Positions 56,963 to 64,000 of a stretch of 64,000 bases of DNA are shown piece by piece. Within the stretch, counting starts at the first letter, position 1; every line of letters begins with the position of its first letter. The stretch is taken from contig JBMNHB010000001.1 of assembly GCA_050950145.1 (NCBI GenBank), positions 364,820-428,819 of the forward strand, given 5' to 3'. Source of the DNA: Candidatus Dojkabacteria bacterium. Lineage in GTDB: Bacteria; Patescibacteriota; Dojkabacteria; SC72. The notes beneath the pieces are model-generated. The model did no database searches. It saw only the letters and a program-made list of their open reading frames with translations, and was not told the DNA's origin. The position numbers and the translations under genes were made by a program.

Positions 56963-58574
56963 ACTCTCTAACATATTTTAGTAGTAGTTTTCTAATCTCC
57001 CTAAGCTTAGAAACAGACAGCTCTATTATTGATATTGCATCAACGAAGATATGCCCATGATAGTCTTGTCCCTCTTGGAGTTTCCCAACATGAATATTAA
57101 ACTCATCATTAATTATTTTATAAATATTTTCCTCCTGTCCTTTGATTGCTATTAATTCTTTCTCTTTAGGTTTAAGAATCTGTCCCTCTATACTCTTAAA
57201 AAGATCTACTAACATATTAAAAATCTCTGTTAATCTATTTATCGGAATCTCATCAGGAGATATCCCTAATTTATGCATTCTAATAAATATCTCTCCTAAA
57301 TCTATACCCAAATCACCCAACTGCTCAATTGTATTAGAAATCTTCATATACATAATTGTTGCTTTTGCCATCTTCTTTGATAACTTGTTCTCTGTTGTTT
57401 CTAACAAAGCCTTTGTAATCTCATCATCTAAAAAGTCATTAAGTGTCTCATACTTCCTCATCTCCATAACTATCTTCTGAGAAGGGTTGTAGTAGATACT
57501 TAGTGCTTTTTGAAAAACCCTAATTGTATTATCAATAGAATGAGCTATTTCACTCTTAATATCTTTAAAACTATCATTAAGTTTCTTTGTCTCATTTGGA
57601 TCAATATGTTTAGTTTCAAAAAGGACCTCTTCTTCTTTACCAGGTACTAATTTGAGAACTAGCTTTTCAAATGGAGTAAGAATAATTAAGAAGAAGACAG
57701 TATTTACAGTATTAAATATTAAATGACCTAATGCTACCTGTTGTCCTACATTCGGTGTAATGGATTGAAGTACAAAGATAAATTGTTTAACAAAAATCAT
57801 AAAGAGTAAAGAACCAAATGCTTTAAAAAGAACATTTGCATATCCAGTCCTTTTTGCAAAAAGGTTTAAGTCTGTGGTTACAATTAGTGTACTAACAGCT
57901 GTACCTAAATTAGCACCTAATATCATCGGTACAGCAATTTCAACAGGCAACACTCCCTGTGCAGCTAATACAACAACAATACCAGAAGTAATCGTACTTG
58001 AATGTATAAGGACTGTAATAATACAAGCAATTAGATATGCAAGAATAGGGGAGGATATGGAGGAAAATATTGCAAGAAATTCAGGACTGCTTTTTAGAGG
58101 AGTAATTGCCATAGAGAGAAGATTAAGTGCAAACAAGACAAAACCCATAAAGAAGACTGGTTTACTTGCATTGCGGATTTTCTTAGGACCAAACTTTAGT
58201 AAGAAACCAACTATGATGAGAATTGGAGCAATAGGGGTTGAGGATAGAAGTACAAGTTGAGCAGTAAGAGTTGTACCGATACTACTTCCAAACATAATAG
58301 CAAGACTATCATGGAAAGATACCACACCTGTATTTACCAATGTCATAACAACAGTAGTAATTGCAGTGCTTGATTGGACAATTGCTGTACTAATAGCACC
58401 TACTATAGCTCCCAATATTCTGTTTTTTGATAACTTTGCAACAATTTTTCTAAAATTCTCTGTTGCTAAGTCTAGAAATTCTTTTCCTAGACTCTCAATA
58501 GCAAAGAGAAAAAGAATGATTGCTGAGAGTAAAAATAATCCTATTTGTAGATACTCAGAATAGGGCAGATTCAT
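56955..58574 (-). CDS. Na+/Pi cotransporter family protein with PhoU-like C-terminus
   Basis: Repeated VQSSTA / IHSSTI and G(S/A)(S/N)(I/L)GT motifs, multiple TMs, EQLGD. Confidence 0.9.
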   Translation of the reverse strand: MNLPYSEYLQIGLFLLSAIILFLFAIESLGKEFLDLATENFRKIVAKLSKNRILGAIVGAISTAIVQSSTAITTVVMTLVNTGVVSFHDSLAIMFGSSIGTTLTAQLVLLSSTPIAPILIIVGFLLKFGPKKIRNASKPVFFMGFVLFALNLLSMAITPLKSSPEFLAIFSSISSPILAYLIACIITVLIHSSTITSGIVVVLAAQGVLPVEIAVPMILGANLGTAVSTLIVTTDLNLFAKRTGYANVLFKAFGSLLFMIFVKQFIFVLQSITPNVGQQVALGHLIFNTVNTVFFLIILTPFEKLVLKLVPGKEEEVLFETKHIDPNETKKLNDSFKDIKSEIAHSIDNTIRVFQKALSIYYNPSQKIVMEMRKYETLNDFLDDEITKALLETTENKLSKKMAKATIMYMKISNTIEQLGDLGIDLGEIFIRMHKLGISPDEIPINRLTEIFNMLVDLFKSIEGQILKPKEKELIAIKGQEENIYKIINDEFNIHVGKLQEGQDYHGHIFVDAISIIELSVSKLREIRKLLLKYVREFN

Positions 58575-58626
58575 ACACTTTAATCTACCATATTGATAAA
58601 TTTTTGCCAACAAGCTATCTTTATAT

Positions 58627-59256
58627 ATGCAGAAGTCAAAAAAGGGTAAAAATGGAAACAAGGTTGTGATGTTTCTTACTCTAGCAGATATGTTTACTTG
58701 GGGGCCATTTTTAATAATTTCTGCACTCTCTGGAATATACCTTTCAAGAAAACTTGGTATTGATACTGTTAAATTTGTTGGAATTGGTACATCTGTATAC
58801 TTTTTTACAAGAGCACTATTTCAAATTCCAATGGGATACATTACTGACAAGATAAAAGGGGACAGAGATGAAATATTGCTTTTAGCTACAGGGATAATAT
58901 TAATGGGTCTACCTTACACTCTCTATCCTCATATCACAATTCCTACACACTACTATGGACTTCAATTTCTTTTTGGAATAGGGGCATGTTTGAATGTTAC
59001 AAATTGGAGAAAATTGTTTGCAATGAACATTGATAGTGGTATGGAAGGTTTACAGTATGCATTTTATGAGACAATTATAAGTATCACTACTGCTGTTGTT
59101 AGCCTACTTGTTGGTACTATTGCTAATCTAGGAGAAGCCTATTTTGACAGTGTGATGGTACTTTCTGGAATATTAATGATGCTAGGTTCTGTATGGGCTC
59201 TATCTATACACTCCGTTAAACAGAGGAGAACTAATATTAACAAAAAGAAGAAATGA
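58627..59256 (+). CDS. Half-size MFS-type transporter (about 6 TM)
   Basis: MFS motif A-like QIPMGYITDKIKG; 209 aa. Confidence 0.75.
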   Translation: MQKSKKGKNGNKVVMFLTLADMFTWGPFLIISALSGIYLSRKLGIDTVKFVGIGTSVYFFTRALFQIPMGYITDKIKGDRDEILLLATGIILMGLPYTLYPHITIPTHYYGLQFLFGIGACLNVTNWRKLFAMNIDSGMEGLQYAFYETIISITTAVVSLLVGTIANLGEAYFDSVMVLSGILMMLGSVWALSIHSVKQRRTNINKKKK

Positions 59257-59690
59257 ATAAAAAAGGAGTAATTGGTGTTGGATTTTTACTAATCTTACTA
59301 ATCATAATTGGTGGGTTAGTACTTAAGGTATATATATTGGACAAAGGTGTAGTTAATACACCTAGAGAAAAAGAAAGCTTAGAATTTAAGAGTGAAAGAA
59401 ATGGTTTTACATTAACAGCTAGATATCAAAGTGAAAATGAAATTGAACATGTTTGGGAATACAAAATAACAGGAACCTTACCATCTCCCTGTCACAATAC
59501 AGATGTACAACCAATTGTTTTAGAAAGCTATCCAGAACAAGTCTCAGTACTTCTTACCATCACTCCTCCAGAGTCAGATGTTAATTGTATACAAGTTCTT
59601 GATGAAGATTTTGAAACAACAGGAGAGTTTAAAGCAAGTGATAAGGCTAAGATATCTTTTGTAGTTGACACTTCAACAACCCAAGAATAA
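59253..59690 (+). CDS. Membrane-anchored hypothetical protein
   Basis: N-terminal TM, GTLPSPC...CIQV motif pair. Confidence 0.75.
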   Translation: MNKKGVIGVGFLLILLIIIGGLVLKVYILDKGVVNTPREKESLEFKSERNGFTLTARYQSENEIEHVWEYKITGTLPSPCHNTDVQPIVLESYPEQVSVLLTITPPESDVNCIQVLDEDFETTGEFKASDKAKISFVVDTSTTQE

Positions 59691-59704
59691 CATTAAGAAT
59701 ATTC

Positions 59705-60316
59705 TTATCTCTTTATCACATAGTTTAGGATATTACTCCTAATTCCAAATCTTTTGTATAGATTATTCGCCAATTCTAACAGATAAGTCTTTCTATTAAG
59801 CGAAACAGTACTCCAATCCTCAATTGCATAAATAGTTAAATCTCCCATCTCCTCACACATCTTCCCAATATGCTCTACGACTTCCCTCTTGTTCTCTCTT
59901 CCTAAAAATGGAAACTGTTTATACAACGAATCAAAAATCTTTAATTCAGTACCTTCTGGATCTGTTACTTCCCTTGTCCTATCTACAATATATTCTGAGC
60001 TAAGAAACAGATTAAGCTCTGGATTACGATTAGTGAGAATCATTAACCTATCACCAAATTCTTCTCTTAGAAACCAAAGATGACTTTGTATATCATCTGG
60101 TATCTCAGAATTATTCCAAAGAGCATATACAGGAAGTTTATCAAACACATTTGGAAACAATACTCCATCTATATCACAAAGGAATATTTCATTTCCCTTC
60201 TCATCTTCATCTGTCTCTGAAGCAATTTCTTCTACTGCATCTTCAAATGATTTACAAAAAACTTCACTGTATGATGGTCTGTAAGTCTCTCCTTTAAATA
60301 TATTTTCAATTCCCAT
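59705..60316 (-). CDS. HAD-like hypothetical protein
   Basis: CDIDGV motif I, LTNR, IED. Confidence 0.7.
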   Translation of the reverse strand: MGIENIFKGETYRPSYSEVFCKSFEDAVEEIASETDEDEKGNEIFLCDIDGVLFPNVFDKLPVYALWNNSEIPDDIQSHLWFLREEFGDRLMILTNRNPELNLFLSSEYIVDRTREVTDPEGTELKIFDSLYKQFPFLGRENKREVVEHIGKMCEEMGDLTIYAIEDWSTVSLNRKTYLLELANNLYKRFGIRSNILNYVIKR

Positions 60317-60355
60317 GAGCCTGACATTATACATCACAAGTGGTAAAATATTAAT

Positions 60356-61537
60356 ATGTCACAACATACTTACTACTTTGACAATTCAGCAACAACAAAA
60401 ATTTCTAAAGAGGTTATAGACAGCATGCAACCATATCTTAATGAAATATATGGCAATGCATCAAGTATATATTCAATCGGTAGAGAGACTAAAAAAGCAA
60501 TTGAAGTTGCAAGAGAAAAAGTAGCTAAAGCAATTAATGCTGATAGCAAAGAGATATTCTTTACCGGATCAGGTACAGAAGCTGATAACTGGGCAATAAA
60601 AGGTATAGCATTTGCTAATCAACATAAAGGTAAACACATTATCACAACTAATATTGAACATCATGCAGTATTACACACATGTCAATATTTAGAGAAGTTT
60701 GGTTTTGAAACAACATATGTTCCAGTTAAGGAGAATGGGATTGTAGATGTTAATGATATTAAAGATGCAATAAGGGAAGATACTATTCTAATCTCTGTAA
60801 TGTTTGCAAATAATGAGATTGGGACTATCCAACCAATTAAAGAGATAGGAGAGTTAGCAAAAGAGAAGAATATATATTTTCATACTGATGCTGTTCAAAC
60901 AATTGGAAACATTCCTGTAGATGTTAAAGAGTTAAATGTAGACTTACTTTCTCTCTCTGCTCATAAATTTCATGGACCAAAGGGAGTAGGAGCATTGTAT
61001 GTAAGAAATGGAGTAAATATTGATAATCTACTACATGGAGGAGGACAGGAGAAGAGAAGAAGAGCAAGTACTGAAAATACAGCAGGAATTGTGGGACTTG
61101 GCAGGGCAATTGAGATAGCAACTAAAGATATTCCAAAGAAAGCTGAATATCTAAAAAATTTAAGAGAGAAAACAATTAATGGACTAATAGAAAATATTCC
61201 AGATATAATTGTAAATGGAGATAGAGAGAAAAGACTACCAGGGAATGTAAATGTTTGTTTTAAATATATTGAAGGAGAATCCATATTGTTACACCTAGAC
61301 CAGTATGGAATATGTGCTTCTAGTGGTTCTGCATGCACCTCAGGCTCTCTAGAGCCATCTCATGTACTCTTGGCAATAGGACTACCTCATGAGATTGCTC
61401 ACGGTTCTTTAAGGCTTTCATTCTCAGAAGAGAATACAGAGGAAGAAGTAGACTATCTATTAGAAAAACTACCTCCAATTATTAAAAACCTAAGAAATAT
61501 GTCCCCTTTATATAACAAATCAAATTGTAAAAATTAA
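60356..61537 (+). CDS. iscS: Cysteine desulfurase NifS/IscS
   Basis: YFDNSATT, HTDAVQ, SAHKFHGPKG, SSGSACTS. Confidence 0.96.
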   Translation: MSQHTYYFDNSATTKISKEVIDSMQPYLNEIYGNASSIYSIGRETKKAIEVAREKVAKAINADSKEIFFTGSGTEADNWAIKGIAFANQHKGKHIITTNIEHHAVLHTCQYLEKFGFETTYVPVKENGIVDVNDIKDAIREDTILISVMFANNEIGTIQPIKEIGELAKEKNIYFHTDAVQTIGNIPVDVKELNVDLLSLSAHKFHGPKGVGALYVRNGVNIDNLLHGGGQEKRRRASTENTAGIVGLGRAIEIATKDIPKKAEYLKNLREKTINGLIENIPDIIVNGDREKRLPGNVNVCFKYIEGESILLHLDQYGICASSGSACTSGSLEPSHVLLAIGLPHEIAHGSLRLSFSEENTEEEVDYLLEKLPPIIKNLRNMSPLYNKSNCKN

Positions 61538-61542
61538 AGCAG

Positions 61543-61926
61543 ATGGAAGAATACAGTGAAAAAGTAATGGACCATTTCATGAACCCAAGGAATGTTGGAG
61601 TTATCGAAGACGCAGATGCTATTGGAGAGGTAGGTAATCCTAGATGTGGAGATATCATGCGAATGTATCTTAAGATTAAGGATAATGTAATAGAGGATAT
61701 AAAGTTTCAAACTTTTGGTTGTGGAGCAGCTGTTGCAACAAGTAGTATGGTCACAGAACTAGTAAAAGGAAAAACACTTGAAGAAGCTCTAAAAGTCACA
61801 AAAATGGATGTTGCAGATGCACTTGGTGGTCTTCCTCCAATAAAGATGCACTGTTCTAACTTAGCGGAAGAAGCTATTAGATCCGCAATAGAAAATTACA
61901 GGAAGAAAAATGAAAAAAAAGAATAA
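61543..61926 (+). CDS. iscU: Fe-S cluster scaffold NifU/IscU
   Basis: NPRN, CGD, FGC, LPPIKMHCS. Confidence 0.96.
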   Translation: MEEYSEKVMDHFMNPRNVGVIEDADAIGEVGNPRCGDIMRMYLKIKDNVIEDIKFQTFGCGAAVATSSMVTELVKGKTLEEALKVTKMDVADALGGLPPIKMHCSNLAEEAIRSAIENYRKKNEKKE

Positions 61927-63538
61927 AAACATATTAATAATTACCTTATCTATCTGTTTCTGTCTTGTCCTGCTAGCTATAAATCTCTTAATACACTCTC
62001 CATTTGCTAAAAGAAGACGACAAGATTTTCCAAAATGTACATACCAAAATCTCCACAAAGAATATGTAAGAAACAAAGAAAAGTTTCCTGATGATTTAGA
62101 TATTTTTCCACCAAACTATCTCGAAGTTATAGAAGAAAACAATTTGAATATTGTACAGAAGAATAGAGTAGAGTTGCTTAGATATGGAAGAACTGTTGTA
62201 AATCAACAAAAAACAGGAAACTATCAAAATGTATTACATTCATTACTAAATACAAATACTCCAATTCTTCTTAATGATCAAATCCTTTCAATATATTTTG
62301 AGACAGAGATAGAAGATATTAAGAAAGATTTAATGCAAAAAGAATGGGAAAATAGGAAAAAGCTCTTTGAAAAAATATCTAAAAGGAAATTGGCAGAGAT
62401 AGAATATATTGAAGATTTACTTGAGAACAGTATAGATGTATTTAATGATTCTCTATCAGACAATGATATGAGTGTTGTTAGTACTATACAGAGTAGGGAT
62501 AGTACAACAGAGAAATTAGAAAGTAGTAGTAAAATTGAAGTTGATATTAACAAAAACTTACTAGATAGAATGATTAATTTATCAAAATATCTAGTTAATC
62601 AGTTAGAGAGAATGGGAATTAAGAACAGTAAGTTACTAGAGCTTGAAAAGAATCTTCTAACTCTCAAAGAAGAAAGGATTGAGAAAGAAGTATTAGAAAA
62701 AATATTACTTTCACAGCAATATAATCTTGATAATGTTCAGATATTACTAACTACAGTAAAAGATGGTGATAATTATACTCTCTTTGTAACTCCATATATC
62801 TCCAAAATACCTATACTACCTGAAATAAATGATGAGAATATTTTAGAAGATTATGATGTAGAACCTTTGCCTCTTAGAAATGAAGCAATTAGATTACCTA
62901 TTATGATGTATCATAATATTAGTGAACCGATACCTAATGATCCATATTTACTCTATGTTAGTCCTGAGATATTTGAAAAACAGATAGCATATTTAGTTAA
63001 AAAGAATTACAAAATATTAAGTGTTGGAGAGTTCAATAGTATTCTAGAATCAGGTGTTACACCTAAACAGAAAAGCATATTACTTACATTTGATGATGCT
63101 ACACCTACTCACTATTCAGTAGCATATCCAATTCTTAAGAAATATGGACAAACAGGTACCTTCTTTATGATTGCATCTAGGTCTCTTCTAAATCATCAGC
63201 AAATTAAAGAGATGGCTGATGGTGGTATGGATATTCAATCACATTCTAATACTCATGCATATTTTCACAAGATAAGTAGTGGTGCAATAAATGAAGAGAT
63301 GGCTACTAGTAAGAGTAAGATAGAGGAGATTACTGGTAAACCTGTTACTTTGCTTGCTTATCCTGGATGTAGTGCTGATTATAGATCTTTTGATATTGCA
63401 CAAAACAACGGATATACAGCAGCATTCTCATGTGGTAGATATATAGATATTAAACTAGATAAGAAGTACTACATATCAAGAGTACATGCATACAATGACA
63501 TGGAAAGCTTTGTTAGGATGCTCTCAGTTGGTCTTTAG
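61910..63538 (+). CDS. Membrane-anchored protein with C-terminal polysaccharide deacetylase (IcaB/PgaB-like CE4)
   Basis: PIMMYH, LTFDD, QSHSNTH, AYP. Confidence 0.88.
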   Translation: MKKKNKNILIITLSICFCLVLLAINLLIHSPFAKRRRQDFPKCTYQNLHKEYVRNKEKFPDDLDIFPPNYLEVIEENNLNIVQKNRVELLRYGRTVVNQQKTGNYQNVLHSLLNTNTPILLNDQILSIYFETEIEDIKKDLMQKEWENRKKLFEKISKRKLAEIEYIEDLLENSIDVFNDSLSDNDMSVVSTIQSRDSTTEKLESSSKIEVDINKNLLDRMINLSKYLVNQLERMGIKNSKLLELEKNLLTLKEERIEKEVLEKILLSQQYNLDNVQILLTTVKDGDNYTLFVTPYISKIPILPEINDENILEDYDVEPLPLRNEAIRLPIMMYHNISEPIPNDPYLLYVSPEIFEKQIAYLVKKNYKILSVGEFNSILESGVTPKQKSILLTFDDATPTHYSVAYPILKKYGQTGTFFMIASRSLLNHQQIKEMADGGMDIQSHSNTHAYFHKISSGAINEEMATSKSKIEEITGKPVTLLAYPGCSADYRSFDIAQNNGYTAAFSCGRYIDIKLDKKYYISRVHAYNDMESFVRMLSVGL

Positions 63539-63918
63539 ACAATTGTTTCCCAAAGACCGTGAAGATTGCAGTATTCTCTAACTCTAAGTTGACCAATATT
63601 TTCAAATGTGAATTCTGCTTTTGGTTCTTCTCCTGGTTTTAAGAATACTTTTTGACTTTCTTCACCATTGATTACTTCAATCCATTCAATGTAGTGTACA
63701 TCTTCCATAGGATGAGGTACTGAACCAACTTCTACAATTACTTTGTTTCCTTCTACTTTTACAACAGGAAGATGTTTTTCATTTCCTTCATCTTCTTTCT
63801 TTTCTTCAAAAAGAACCATATCTTGACCACAACATACTAATGTTCCACCTCCTTCATGTAATACTTCTACAATATTCCCACAGATATTACATTTGTATAC
63901 TTGATGTCTTTTTGTCAT
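63535..63918 (-). CDS. dfx: Desulfoferrodoxin (2Fe superoxide reductase)
   Basis: CNICGN, CCG, EKHLP, HPM..HYIEW, YCNLHGLW. Confidence 0.96.
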   Translation of the reverse strand: MTKRHQVYKCNICGNIVEVLHEGGGTLVCCGQDMVLFEEKKEDEGNEKHLPVVKVEGNKVIVEVGSVPHPMEDVHYIEWIEVINGEESQKVFLKPGEEPKAEFTFENIGQLRVREYCNLHGLWETIV

Positions 63919-64000
63919 ATATATTAACTAATAATTTAATTAGCTAATTTCAGTATACACTACTATGTTGAAAAAACGAACAGGACTGTAACTCTAAAGA

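Overview
AT-rich (roughly 30% GC by eye), gene-dense bacterial chromosome segment using standard stop codons. The gene set (LemA/DUF2207, DegT+FemAB pair, PilX-like protein, OFOR+ADP-forming acetyl-CoA synthetase, class III RNR, desulfoferrodoxin, many orphans, genes often without Shine-Dalgarno) suggests an anaerobic Patescibacteria/CPR genome, possibly Dojkabacteria (inference). It carries DNA repair genes (uvrB, mutL, lexA, RecD-like helicase, DEDDh exonuclease, a giant 1572-aa RecJ-like protein), three tRNAs, and an nrdR-nrdD-nrdG operon. In that operon NrdD has a LAGLIDADG intein and its glycyl-radical domain is a separate unannotated 44-aa ORF. An accessory stretch after tRNA-His holds a pseudogene and a type II R-M system. 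Most unusual signals: a stand-alone CdiA-CT-like nuclease with a convergent promoter-driven hairpin RNA (candidate RNA-antitoxin system); a recurring promoter-boxA-SD-orphan-long hairpin architecture; two unannotated structured RNAs (21.6-21.85 kb, 6S-like; 48.13-48.39 kb, unknown); a divergent sortase with its IPPTG substrate; and a minimal [FeFe]-hydrogenase H-domain protein. All calls come from motif reading only, with no database searches.
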